Source: Pecten maximus
Lineage: Eukaryota
Length of the DNA: 64,000 bases
Assembly: GCF_902652985.1 (NCBI RefSeq)
Contig: NW_022979591.1
Location: forward strand, 62,001 to 126,000
Reading direction: 5' to 3'
Below the pieces are notes generated by a model that made no database searches, had not been told where the DNA came from, and saw nothing but the letters and a program-made list of their open reading frames with translations. Shown here piece after piece: positions 38,666 to 51,800 of the stretch (its first letter is position 1; each line of letters starts with the position of its first letter). Both the position numbers and the translations under genes were made by a program.

Positions 38666-39940
38666 ATGCTGACATCCAATGGGAAGCAGTGTTCTGTTTA
38701 TGGATGCGACAACTTTGCCTTCAAGAAAGATGGAACTAGCACAGGATACATTGTTTTTCAAAGACTGAAAAAGGTTTTGGAACAAAGGAAATTGTGCTCA
38801 TATTCTTTTATAAATATATGAATGGAGCACATTTCCATTGGACTTATAAGTAAAAACTGGACATTAAAACCTGACCAGACACCAAAAGTCTTCTCATGGA
38901 TAACTGTACATACTCCTAGAAAAAAGTCCATTGAAGAGGTCAACAACCATGAATGAGACTACCACTGGAATCGGTTGTAGATGATTCTGAGAATTTGGAT
39001 GTTCCTGAACTTGTTTGGAGTGGTAAGTTTTTAATACCATGATTTTTTTTACAGTATTAGGTAGCACTTAGGTGTCGGGTGGGGGTGGGGGACTGGTTAA
39101 AGAATGCAGCATTTATTAGGGATCCATAGAGATCTAAACTAGATTGAATAATAGTAATAATAATAATGTAAACTTTTATATACCATTTATCACAACCATT
39201 AGACCAGTTCTAACCTGATCATTGGTCCATTTGCACCAAACAGAAAATTTCTCATATTTCTGGGGAGTATATAGCCAAGCAGCCGATAACGCACTTCACA
39301 TTCACATGCCCAGCACATAGTAATGTAGAGTGAAGTGACTTGCCCTGTCTGGGGCTTGAACCTAGGTCCTCTGGTCGGGTTACAAGTCACACTCGCTACC
39401 ACTGTGCCTCATCCCTCCTAAATTTCCAGTAGGGAGCTTGAGGGATAAATGCTGTAAAACTAAATGTAATTTACCTAATGTATATATGGAGTTTAGATTT
39501 TTTTAGTTTTAAGGATACGAAAATTGAATGTGTAATGAATTAATGCAAACAATATTTATTTTGTTTTAGGAAATTGGAATTCAAGCAGGTCCTGGCACTA
39601 GTGATGTAGGCTGCCAGACAGATGATGGTGATGTGACAAATATCTGTGATCATAACCACTCTAGCGACCACATTCTTGACCACATTTACAGTTTTCATGC
39701 CGATGATGATGGCGAGAATGAAATTGAAAATCTACAGATAGAAATTGAAAAACTGTCAACGCAAATAAATGATACGGAAGATCGATTGAATGAATTTATA
39801 GGGAATAGTTTTTCCGTTGAAAAAAATAAAAATGACCCAAAAGCAAGACTTTTTGTATACAGGATTTATTTACTGTTCTGTGTTTGAGTGCATATTAAAA
39901 TACTTATCTCCAAAAGCAGAAAACTGTTATTGGTGAGGTA
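38666..39940 (+). pseudogene. Remnant N-terminus of a THAP-domain ISL2EU-type transposase
   Basis: KQCSVYGCDN...KLCS...TLKPDQTPKVFSW (THAP-like); next exon has a coiled coil, FSVEKNKND, then (frameshift) LYTGF..LKYLSPKAENCYW*. Confidence 0.6.
39300..39410 (-). mobile_element. tRNA-derived SINE remnant
   Basis: Minus strand has A-box-like GGCACAGTGG, B-box GGTTCAAGCC, then GGGCAAGTCACTT core-like motif. Confidence 0.5.
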
Positions 39941-40037
39941 AAGGTGTATTTGTTTGCTCATCTGAAAAAATAAAAACTTTCAAATTTTAATTGGTGGTTT
40001 TGGTCATTCATGCACCTCACTTTGAAAACAATATTAA

Positions 40038-40362
40038 GGTTAAGAGTACCTAAAGCTAGAAATGTACTAAAAGATATGGGTATAATTATGTAATTATCTT
40101 ATTGGTCTCCACAACACGTTTTGAATTTTTGTCATTGTAAAATTTTAAAATTACAAGATTATTTTAAGTAATTATGGTAATATTTATCAATAATATAAAT
40201 CCCTGTGCATTATAATTTAACAATATACAATACTAACTTTGGGAAATTTGATGTACCGGGTAATTAAAATGTTGTTTTACATAAAAAAAAGTTATCGTAT
40301 TAGTGTTGACATGAAAAACTCTTTTCTCGTTTTAATAAACCTTTGCTGCGGTCCTTTTTACC
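40038..40362. mobile_element. Kolobok-like MITE
   Basis: TTAA on both sides; imperfect TIR GGTTAAGAGTACC versus GGTAAAAAGGACC. Confidence 0.45.
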
Positions 40363-40424
40363 TTAAATTAGAAATAACATAATGTATACCATGTAACATA
40401 TATGTAGTTTAACAATTCAAAATA

Positions 40425-41382
40425 TGTGACAAGCATATTTTCACCTATCCAGCTGTTTGTTTATTTGTACAAATGTTATACAGTTCATAATGTTACAATA
40501 CCTGTTTACTTCCGTGTTTTGATACAACCTCGGTGTCAATAATAAGCTTGTAGCATGGCGTGATTAGAGCGCGTAACATTCAAACATTTTAAAGACAAAG
40601 ATATAGTATAGGAAAGTTCCGGCGGGAACATAGACGGCGCTACCTTCGGGTTTGAGAGGGTATATAAAGCCGTCTGCTAGCTTGTCAGTTAGACCAGACT
40701 TCGATGACTGACCAGGCAGCATCACTAAAAAGGTACGGTAATAAACTACGAGTTGAAGTGAGTGAGCAGACTGTAGACGTAGCTGAAATAGTGCTTTCCC
40801 TCAGTCTTGCTCTCTTCACATGCATCCCGTAGGTTAGAGCGGTCGTATAGTAAATAATATACGGGCCCTGCTGTAGTGAGCAGACGCTGTAACGCGTGCT
40901 CTGGAGTGTTCTGAGCACTGGTACCTGAGGCTGGCTGTGACTGTGAGCAGCGGTGCATTGTAGCTGTTGTGTGTGTGCGTACTGATCGGTGTTATAGGAG
41001 TTATGTCCCTTTGAGCGTACCGGCGTAGTAGTCTGGTGGGAGTACTCGGGGATCGAGTACTGGGGTCTGACATAGCCGTAACATTACTTGCTCTCTCTTA
41101 TAATTTACCTTGTATTAATAGTTGATATTTAGTGTTGTTTAAGTAGTGAGCAGATATAGGTAGAGACGTTTTGCCCTTTGCTCTACATATAGTCAATATC
41201 TGTAATTATTGTTAGTTAGTTCTGCTCAGTAAGGGTGTATATATTTTATTATTGCTACCATTCTTGAGCAAGGCATGCTCAGGATACATTTTTGTATATA
41301 TCGGCACTTTTTGAGCACCCGGTAAGAGCACATATAAGGGATCCCAAGAAGTAACTTGGGTACGGACCCCCGACACGTTACA
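40425..41382 (+). repeat. 5' LTR of element 3
   Basis: Direct repeat of 47888-48845; TATA GTATATAAAG near 40660. Confidence 0.96.
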
Positions 41383-41387
41383 AAAAC

Positions 41388-41405
41388 TGGTGGCAGCGGT
41401 GGGAT
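41388..41405 (+). promoter_or_regulatory. Primer-binding site, tRNA-Leu
   Basis: TGGTGGCAGCGGTGGGAT, complementary to a tRNA-Leu 3' end. Confidence 0.85.
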
Positions 41406-41520
41406 CCCTGTGACTTGAATTTATTTTTATTTTTATCAATGTAGATATCAGTTGATACTGGTAGATATATTTTGAGCAGTATTTTGTGAGTAATTAATAT
41501 TTGTTAAATTACCTAAAAGA

Positions 41521-44500
41521 ATGGCATCTTATGAAGAAGCCATGGAATCAATAAATGAGCGCCTTGAAGGTCTCCGTCAGCAGTCAGCTAGCCGTGATAG
41601 AACACCTAGCTTAGAAGCTCGCACCCCCAGAACCACATATTCCTCCTTACCACGGACTCTAAACTTACCTAGAGATTCCGGGTTTGAGTCACGACGAACC
41701 ACCAGTATTGACCCTGGGTTGGGGTTCGGTAGTGATGATGATGGAGATAGGGGCATTTCCAATCAAATTGATGAGGAAATTGAGCAGCTCAAAGCACAGC
41801 TGAATAAACTTGATGTATAAAACCGGAGCGCTAGGGAAACGACTGCTAGTCCATTACCTACTTTTTATAGTGGTACACCCAACCGACGAAGGTCAAGAGT
41901 GAGGTTTTCTACCCACGAAAGCGACAGAATCGAAGGTATGGGTGAGGCTGATTTAGTACTGCCGAGTAATGTCTCAACTCGACGAAGGAGACATGCTCAG
42001 GAGGAGTTGGAATCAGAATTGGAGGGAGCAGAGAGTGATAATGACGAGACGCTTGTGAGGAGACGACGTTCAAGGACAGTCTCAGTGAAGGCTGCCACTT
42101 ATGATGGTACGTCCGCCTGGCTGGATTACAAGGCACACTTTGAGGCGTGCGCTCGCATCAACGGCTGGTCAAAGAGGGAAAAGGTGCTGTACTTAGCAGT
42201 GAGTTTACGTGGACAAGCACAAGGCATCCTCGGTGACTTACCACGGGGAAACCAGGAGGATTATGAAGCCTTGGTGAAAGCATTACAGGAAAGGTTTGCT
42301 CCTCCTGATCAAAACGAGCTCTACCGTGTGCAACTCCTGGAAAGAAGACAAAAAGCTTCAGAATCCTTGCCAGAGTTGGGTCAAGCAATACGGAGGCTGG
42401 TGAACCTGGCATATCCTACTGTGCCAAGTAATGTACGCGACACACTGGCTAAGCAGCAATTTATTGAATCGCTGGCAGACTCTGAAATGAGGATCAGAAT
42501 TAAACAAGCCAGGCCCCAGGATCTGACTAATGCAATTAGGCTTGCGGTCGAGTTGGAGGCGTACAATAGAGCGGAGAAACACGGAAAAGATGGACGCTCA
42601 TATTTAAGGACAGCTACATCAGAGGAAAGCAACCCTGTTCCAACAGAAAAGGGAGAGACAGAGAAAATGCTGACTGACATGCACCTTAAACTTGACGCTC
42701 TCAAGAAAGAAATTGAGAAATTACGTAGTAAGAGGGAAGGAAATCAAAACGCAAATCGAGGAAAAGATCAGCCGACCAATACATCACCGGGCTCCAAGGC
42801 TTGCTACAAATGTGGAAGCAAAAATCACTTTCGGAGAGACTGTCCTCAGCTCAAGCAGGATAAGGATTCCAAGGGCCTAAAAACCCCTCCCAAACCATCT
42901 GCAAAACCTGCTCATACCAAGAGCACGGCTGGTGTAGGAATATCTTCAGCTGCTCTTGAAGCTGGGATGTACGTCAAAGCTAAAATCCAGAATATTGATG
43001 TTCAATTATTAGTTGACACTGGAGCAACAATCACCATAATATCTGATGAGGTGTACAATAGGATACCTGTAGCCATGAGACCTGAATTACAGAAAGTTAC
43101 GCAGGAGATTTTAGCTGCTAATGGAGCGGCACTGGAATCTCTTGGCCGAGGTAGCTTTCTAATCAGACCAGAAGGATGCAATACCATGTGCTTTGAGGCG
43201 GTGGTAGCCAAGATAAGCACCGATGGCTTATTGGGTTTGGACTTTATGAAATCCAAGAATGGAGTAGTGGATTTGAAGAAAGGTTGTCTTACCATAGACG
43301 AGGAAGAGGTCGATATGAGGTATGAAGGGTCTCTTGGATGTTACAGGGTGTGCTGCTCTGAAAAGATAATAGTTCCTGCACACTCCGAAGTGCTAGTCCC
43401 AGGGAAGGTTTGTAAACCTGTGGAGAAAGAAATTCGGACTGACTCCTTGCTCGTTGAAGGGCTGGCAAAATTTATGCAGAGTGATAGAGCATTAATTGCC
43501 CGATCATTGGTCAGGAATGAGCCAGTGATACCTATTAGACTGATGAATCTGAAAGAGGAACCCCAAGTGATTTACCCGGGAACCTCTCTTGCTCAGGTGA
43601 CACCTATTCAGGACACCTTGGAGACTGTAGAGGCGAATACATCAGGGGCTTCCTCGGAACTGAGAGCAGATTTAGAGCAGCTACTCAGTCGGTCAAAAAT
43701 ACATCTGAATCCTCAGCAGAGCAACAAGGTTAGAAATATGCTTAAAAGACATGAGCGATTGTTCGCGGAGTCAGACCAGGATCTAGGTCGTACCACTGTG
43801 GTGCAACATTCGATCGATACAGGGAACACTCACCCTATCAAACAGCCACTTCGCAGGGTACCGGCTCACTTCAGTAGTGAAGTGGATAAACAAGTGCAGG
43901 ACATGTTAAAGAATGGAGTAATACAGGAATCTACAAGTCCATGGTCGTCGGGGATAGTATTGGTAAAAAAGAAAGATGGTACTCACCGATTTTGTGTGGA
44001 CTACAGGAGGTTGAACTCAGTATCTGTGCAAGACGCATATCCCCTGCCTCGTATAGATGAGGCACTGGACCAGATGTCTGGGTGTACATGGTTCTCCACT
44101 CTCGACTTAAACGCAGGCTATTGGCAAGTAGGGGTTGAGCCGGAGGACCGACCTAAAACGGCTTTCTCCACCAGGACTGGCTTGTACGAATTTTTGGTAA
44201 TGCCTTTTGGATTGAAGTCAGCACCCGCTACCTTTGAACGACTCATGGAGACGGTATTAGCTGGCCTTCAGTGGCAAATCTGCCTTATATATCTGGACGA
44301 CATTATAGTGATGGGGAAATCCTTTGAAAACATGATGAGCAACCTCGAAACTGTTTTTAACCGACTTCTAGCAGCTGGACTGAAGCTTAAAGCAAGAAAG
44401 TGTCAACTTTTTGGCAAAAGAGTTTTGTATCTCGGTCACGTCATCTCGGAGGAAGGGGTCGCTACCGACCCAGAGAAAGTGAAGGCTGTAAAGGACTGGC

Positions 44501-47500
44501 CGAGACCAACCAATGTAAAAGATGTTCGCTCGTTCCTGGGTTTCTGCAGCTACTATAGAAGATTTATACCACAATTCTCCCGAATAGCAAAATGTCTGCA
44601 TCGGTTAACCGAGAAGGGCAGGACATTCGACTGGAGCTCTGACTGCGAGGAGTCTTTCGAATTCCTAAAGCAGCAGCTCATTAGCGCTCCAGTGCTTGCT
44701 CATCCCGATTTTACAAAAACGTTCATTCTGGATGTTGATGCGAGCAACGACGCTATAGGAGGTGTGTTATCACAGGTCTTTGACGGCATGGAAAGGCCTC
44801 TTGCCTATGCAAGTCGGACACTAACAAAGGCAGAAAGGAGGTATTGCGTAACAAGAAAGGAACTTCTGTCGGTGGTGCATTTCACTAAGTATTTCCGACA
44901 TTACCTTTATGGAAGGACATTCACGGTTCGCACTGATCATAGTTCGTTACGTTGGCTGTTGAATTTTAAGCAACCTGAAGGACAAATGGCCAGATGGCTT
45001 CAGGTGCTGAGCTCATACGAAATGACGATAGAACACCGACCTGGAATCAAGCATCAGAATGCTGATTCTCTGAGCAGGATTCCTTGCAAAGATTGTGGAT
45101 TTGATCCTCATTGGGATGATAAAAACGAGGCGATGGTCTGTACCATCAAGGACAGGGAGATAGATTCTCAAACTAAAGTAGAAAGTGTGGAAACATTGGC
45201 AGAGAAACAGAAGAACGACCGAGGCATTGCAGAGATTCGCAAGTGGGTCAAGAATGGACAGAAACCTCCGTATAAAGAGGTTGCAAGCTGCAATGTTGGG
45301 ACAAAAACCCTTTGGTCACAGTTTGAATCCTTAATTCTCCAGGATGACTTGCTCTATCGGAAAAACCCCCACAAGAAGCAATGTCTTCAAGCCATAGTTC
45401 CAGCTTCCGAAAAAAGGGTCGTGTTGACTCACTGCCACGACAACAAAACGTCTGGACACTTGGGGGTCACCAAAACCCTTGCCAAAATTAGACAAAGCTA
45501 CTATTGGCCAAAGCTCCAGGCGGATGTTAAGAACTATGTGCAGGGCTGTGATCAATGCAGTAAACGGAAAAATCCCGTTCAAACAAAACGTGCTCCTATG
45601 CAAATAGCACCAGCGGGGTATCCCATGGAAAGGATGGCCGTTGACATCCTGTGCGAGCTTCCACTTACCTCTCGAGGCAACAAGCATATCTTAGTAATTG
45701 CAGATTATTACACCAAATGGACAGAATGCTTTGCGTTGCCCAACATGGAAGCCAGGACCGTGGCAAAAGTGTTTGTAGAGGAAGTAGTGGCAAGGTTTGG
45801 AGTCCCGAGCAGTCTGCACTCTGACCAGGGCTCTCAGTTTGAAAGTGAGTTGTTTCAAGAAATGTGCCACTTGTTGAGAATCAACAAAACTCGCACCACT
45901 CCATACCATCCACAATCCGACGGGATGGTGGAGAGATTTAACAAGACCCTCGTGAATATGCTGAGCATGTTCGTTAACACGCACCAAACGGACTGGGATG
46001 AGCATTTGCCCTACGTCATGATGGCGTACCGATCAACGGAGCATGAAACCACAAAGAACTCCCCAAATAATGTCATGTTGGGAAGGGAGGTGAGCACTCC
46101 GTTGGATGTCCAATTTGCCATGCGAAGAAATCTAAAGAGTATACCTCAGAATCGATGGTCCTGGGAACTCCAAGAACGAATGGAAGATGCCCATCAGACT
46201 GTAAGGGAAAATATTAAAGGTGCCATGCTTCGGCAGAAAAAGCATCATGACCAGAAACTGTCCTATGATACCTTTAAGCAGGGGGACTCTGTATTTGTCT
46301 TTTTCCCAAACGTTAAAGTAGGCACCACTTCCAAATTAGCAAGTAGGTGGAGGGGGCCATTCAAGGTTGTCAGGAAAATGTCTGAGGTCAACTATCAAGT
46401 TAGATGTGGGTACAAAGGGAAAGTGCAGGTTGTGCATGCTGACCGAATGAGAAAGAAACACTGGCAAGTGTTACATGGTGAGGGGCAGGAAGAGATAAGA
46501 GGTATGAGAGATGTGGGAACGCAAGTGAGCAAACCAGAATCCATAGCTGGTGGGGAGCAAACTGATTGTTACGAAAGCGTTGATGCTGAAAAGTGGGAGG
46601 CACTTCCAAGTGAAAATAACGACAAAAAGAGTGCGAATGATCAGAACGAAACAGTCCCAGTCAGCCCCAGGCGTACACGTCGACCGCCTCGATGGCATTC
46701 AGATTACACTTCCGCGTTCTGTGTTAACTCAGTATGTTTTGCTGATGTTCCTGTACAACCAATAAATAATTGCGTGTCTTATGTCTTTCCAGTGGATATG
46801 GTGAAGACAAAAACCACTCCCCGCAGGGAGCACCAGTGCCCCATGTGCAGGTATCAGACAATTGACATGGAAAAGTTGAAAGCACACATGGTTGACTGTG
46901 GCCTGAAACAAATGAGTAAGCAACTCCGGTGCCCCCAATGTAGTTTTACTACAATGAGGAAAAACAACTTAACCAGACACGATAAGAAACATATCAAGGA
47001 TCCCATCACGTCCCTAGCAGATGAGTCAGATCCTGAGTCGCAGAAAGCGAGGGTAGACTCAGATGCGGAATCATGGAAGGGAGCCGACCCGGGAGATCTT
47101 GGAAGTGTTATTGGGTACATCACCTCAAGCGAGCCTAGTGACGAAGAATCTGGCGAGGATGAGGAGGTAAAGGACCCTCAGGCTCATGTAGTATCCCCTC
47201 AGCCTGATGAACCAGAACTTATTGAAACCGTTGAGCTGGGGAGAACCATTTCAAAGCCAACAAAGCCCAGTCAAGTATTTTCTCCGAAAAGGAAAAATGA
47301 AAGTTGTCCTACAACCGTGTCCGCCAAATACCTGGCGGGTACTATTCCAAAGAAAGTGGCAAAAGTTTCAAAACCAGCGCCCAACATGAGGGAAGTTAAG
47401 AAGAAACTGGCTCAGCACTACGCTCAGACTACCCAGTCTGCTCCTAAGGTGGGGTTGATGGCGGGATCTACAGCAACGATCACAACTAGAAGCACCGGGG

Positions 47501-47634
47501 TACAAACCGACCCGATGATGATAACGCTAACGCGCAAAACAATCAGAAGGTTTCGGGAAGGTGAAACAGAAGTGGAGCAAACTGAAGTAGAGGAGGCCCG
47601 GCCCTATTGTCCCACATGTGTCCAGCTGCAGTGA
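41521..47634 (+). CDS. gag-pol: Gag-Pol polyprotein (one in-frame TAA at 41818-41820) with C-terminal zinc-finger extension
   Basis: ORFs 41521-41820 and 41899-47634 share a frame that is open between them. CYKCGSKNHFRRDC, VDTGA, YLDD, LDVDAS and integrase HHCC + DDE are intact. Confidence 0.95.
46798..47634 (+). CDS. Accessory zinc-finger protein (C2HC + C2H2) at env position, in frame with pol
   Basis: Follows the integrase end RRPPRWHSDY; acceptor-like gtctttcCAG (46792) then ATG; CPMC..HMVDC and CPQC..HDKKH. Confidence 0.65.
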   Translation: MVKTKTTPRREHQCPMCRYQTIDMEKLKAHMVDCGLKQMSKQLRCPQCSFTTMRKNNLTRHDKKHIKDPITSLADESDPESQKARVDSDAESWKGADPGDLGSVIGYITSSEPSDEESGEDEEVKDPQAHVVSPQPDEPELIETVELGRTISKPTKPSQVFSPKRKNESCPTTVSAKYLAGTIPKKVAKVSKPAPNMREVKKKLAQHYAQTTQSAPKVGLMAGSTATITTRSTGVQTDPMMITLTRKTIRRFREGETEVEQTEVEEARPYCPTCVQLQ

Positions 47635-47887
47635 GGGTACTAGCTGAAACTGCGTTTCCATATGAACCATAACATTTGCAAGACAACGTGCTATGATTTT
47701 ATTAGTTTGCAACTCCAGATAGGTGTTAGACTTCGGCAGGCAGCGCGAGTCCTTTTGCTCATAATGTGATTTTATCAACAATATGTGTTCCAATCGTTAT
47801 TACAAGTTGTTACTCAAATACAAATTTGAATGTGTTTTTGTGTTTTAGTTTTGGACGCGAGGACGCTTTCCTCGGAGGCGTGGGTAG

Positions 47888-48845
47888 TGTGACAAGCATA
47901 TTTTCACCTATCCAGCTGTTTGTTTATTTGTACAAATGTTATACAGTTCATAATGTTACAATACCTGTTTACTTCCGTGTTTTGATACAACCTCGGTGTC
48001 AATAATAAGCTTGTAGCATGGCGTGATTAGAGCGCGTAACATTCAAACATTTTAAAGACAAAGATATAGTATAGGAAAGTTCCGGCGGGAACATAGACGG
48101 CGCTACCTTCGGGTTTGAGAGGGTATATAAAGCCGTCTGCTAGCTTGTCAGGGAGACCAGGCTTCGATGACTGACCAGGCAGCATCACTAAAAAGGTACG
48201 GTAATAAACTACGAGTTGAAGTGAGTGAGCAGACTGTAGACGTAGCTGAAATAGTGCTTTCCCTCAGTCTTGCTCTCTTCACATGCATCCCGTAGGTTAG
48301 AGCGGTCGTATAGTAAATAATATACGGGCCCTGCTGTAGTGAGCAGACGCTGTAACGCGTGCTCTGGAGTGTTCTGAGCACTGGTACCTGAGGCTGGCTG
48401 TGACTGTGAGCAGCGGTGCATTGTAGCTGTTGTGTGTGTGCGTACTGATCGGTGTTATAGGAGTTATGTCCCTTTGAGCGTACCGGCGTAGTAGTCTGGT
48501 GGGAGTACTCGGGGATCGAGTACTGGGGTCTGACATAGCCGTAACATTACTTGCTCTCTCTTATAATTTACCTTGTATTAATAGTTGATATTTAGTGTTG
48601 TTTAAGTAGTGAGCAGATATAGGTAGAGACGTTTTGCCCTTTGCTCTACATATAGTCAATATCTGTAATTATTGTTAGTTAGTTCTGCTCAGTAAGGGTG
48701 TATATATTTCATTATTGCTACCATTCTTGAGCAAGGCATGCTCAGGATACGTTTTTGTATATATCGGCACTTTTTGAGCACCCGGTAAGAGCACATATAA
48801 GGGATCCCAAGAAGTAACTTGGGTACGGACCCCCGACACGTTACA
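47888..48845 (+). repeat. 3' LTR of element 3
   Basis: Preceded by purine-rich GGAGGCGTGGGTAG; followed by TSD AATA. Confidence 0.96.
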
Positions 48846-51800
48846 AATACGGACACTACCTACACATACCTGCACCAATAAACAGAGGAACCTCAACTCT
48901 ACGACTTCATCATTATTCAACTCTACAACTACATCTAAGACTACACAACAAAACACATAAGAGTTATATTTTATTTGATGCCGTGACCTCGGAGCGAAGC
49001 TAACACAAAGCGGACACAACGTGAAGATGAAGAATCCACTTTATACAACTATATGTCCACGCAACCACTATACGATCATCGGTGACAGTAAAATTCCATG
49101 GTAACAAGATGCAGGTACGTTGATTTTACTTCTGACTACCTTCGTAAACATTTGCCATTGATAGCTATATACTTTTTAAACTCACTTTAGGCTTTTGATA
49201 CCTAAGTAGGTTTGTTTCTGAATTAAACTAAAACATTTTTTCTTACCGTAATCAATGATTTTTTTTAATGAATTATATTAATTGCGCTGTTTTCATATCA
49301 TTACCAGAAAATTCCTATATACTTCAATATTAATAGTTTTTACATTTTACATATATTTACACATTTAACCTATGGTGAGTTTCGCCCACGTGATTTAACA
49401 CGGGGATTATATGGTAAATGAAACATCATCATATTGTCGGAGTTCAGAGATAGTGATGCGGTTTTACGCACACATAATATATACATGGTATGATAAATCT
49501 ACTGTTCTCCTTTGACAACATACTACACATACACGTGCATTATCAGATCAGAAACACTCGGTTTCAATGTATTCCAACCAGAACATCATTTATAAATGTA
49601 TTACTACGGATTTTGGAATACCTCTTGACTTTATGCCGAACAATATGTTTCGAAAGTATCTGAATGTCCACATATTACACAAATACACAACTAGGATTTT
49701 TTTTTCTGGTAAATTTCATTTCATCTATTTTATCTTATTGTCAGCCTAATCAGAGTGCGACATATCATGGCTTGATTTTGTGTACGGTAGACGGCACAAC
49801 AAGCACTTTTTTTTTATTCATATCTTCATTTTTGAAACAGTTTGCAAATTATGTATTTCATGAAAGTTATTTAATGAATCAATTTTAAAGTAATTTCATA
49901 CAATTTTAGCGTTACTTGTTGCTGTTTTCTTTTTTTTTCTTTCTTGTCTTTCAATTCATTACATTCATCCTTTTAGCCTCAGCCTAATTGGAGAGCGAGG
50001 TATATTAAGCTTGTATAAGTAGGCGGTATTACGCCCTCAAGCTATGTTTTTTTTTCTCACTATCAGCAAATAGCGACATGTAGTGCTACAATGTATACAG
50101 TATAGTTAATTTGGAAATTACAATGTATAGTTTCCCTATATTTTAAAAACACCATAAAGAATATTTAATTCTATTACCTATCTATCTCACAATTGAGTAA
50201 GTATTTGTTTTTTAAATAATGTTTTACACAACATTTTATATGCGTAATTGCAATTCAAGGCATTATTACGATATTACTATTTTTAATGTACGGCAAATGT
50301 TTACGTAAGATTAGAAGGAAGGTTAAATCTGCAAAACTTGTTAATTGTGACACCAGATCAACATGTAACCTGTTCACTATCAGCAATACCTCCAATATCA
50401 ACCTGGCCATTTGAAGACTTTCCTGAATAGATACCAACATAAATCAAAGTCGAATTGTGACCAGCTCTAAGAATATTCCTACGACCACCCATGATGTCCA
50501 ACTGGCTATGGCACAGCAGCTGATTCCACCATCGTACCAGGCACAACTTTACCCACGTCTCCACAGCATCATGCCTCCTCCGGAGATCGCTGAAGAGTCC
50601 GTTTGAACAGATTACTTTAAAATATACCAACATATCAACGAGTTCCTTGTTTGTCAACACAAATTATTAATGTCTACAACCTTTAGCAGAGATTCCTCAC
50701 GTGGTATTAACACGGAGTTGTTTAAGTAATTATGATTCTACTGCTAACTGTGAAGAGACATTGTTGTAACTTACGTCTACATTATTCCTATGAAGAGTTT
50801 TCCTCACATGGTTGTACATGGAGTGAACATTTTGTTTTATGAAATATAAGTGACATTATATGAAGAGTTCACCTCACGTGGTTATAACACGGAGTAATAA
50901 ATAAATTGTTTAATGAACTCTCATAATATTTCGTCATGTTGTTGGACTGATTCATATCCGATGCAGTTTTTATGCCGGAATATTACAATGTATCTACGAA
51001 ATTTTGGACCAGCCCCTCATAACAACTGACACAGTCACCGGAACATTTCAACCACATATTATGATTATTGAAGGAACATTTTCCTGTTTTATCTACAAAT
51101 ATGTTACAAGGAACTCAGCTCTACTTTACCAGTCTTAGCCTTATTGTGTGCAAGACGTTTTTATCCTGGATTAAACAGACGGTTGTACGTCACTCTTAGG
51201 AACTTTTATTTACTTTATATATTGTTCAACAGTTTTCTCGACGGATTATTGCGCGCCTGAACGTGGACCCAATACAACAGCTGTGCCAGACGAAGAACAA
51301 TTTCAATAATAAAATTTAATTACCAGTGACATTCAGTGATGAACTTGTGAAACCTTCCTTTGATTTGACATTTTTAAATATTTCGATATGCTAACATTTA
51401 CCTGTTAAAATCGTGAGATTTACTCAGATTTTCTTATCGTGTTAATTGTTTTAACACGCTTTTCATTCAACATTTATTGCAAATATATTATAAGCAATAA
51501 TATCGCACTTTTAAGTTAATCTTGATTTACATGTTATAAACCTATATTTCAGGTTAAGAAGAATTCACATGTGTAGGTGAATTTTTAAAAGTACATTAAG
51601 TCATGATTTTTTTTTGTTTGTTTATCAATAACATATTCGTATTCAATTGATAAATTTAAACGTTGTACATAGGTATATTTTCTTCAGAAATACTAGTAAT
51701 AACTTTTATACCAGAGAGGCGTAATGTACCCATATTATGTTGACGTCGAAATTATTACTAATTTGGCGATCAATTAGTACAGAGGGGCTTAATGTTACAA

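Larger units (their letters stand above)
40425..48845 (+). mobile_element. Ty3/Gypsy LTR retrotransposon 3, full length, near intact
   Basis: 958-bp LTRs (TG...CA, about 5 differences seen), TSD AATA, tRNA-Leu PBS, single-frame gag-pol. Confidence 0.97.

Noticed and set aside
39300-39410. Genuine tRNA gene
   Set aside because: A/B boxes are present but no cloverleaf; runs into a SINE core-like motif.
40685-41439. Duplicated small minus-strand ORFs (also 48148-49019)
   Set aside because: Duplicated only because they lie in the two LTRs; no domain signal.
50589-50612. Hammerhead ribozyme core (CTGAAGAG)
   Set aside because: No matching stem II followed by GAAA.
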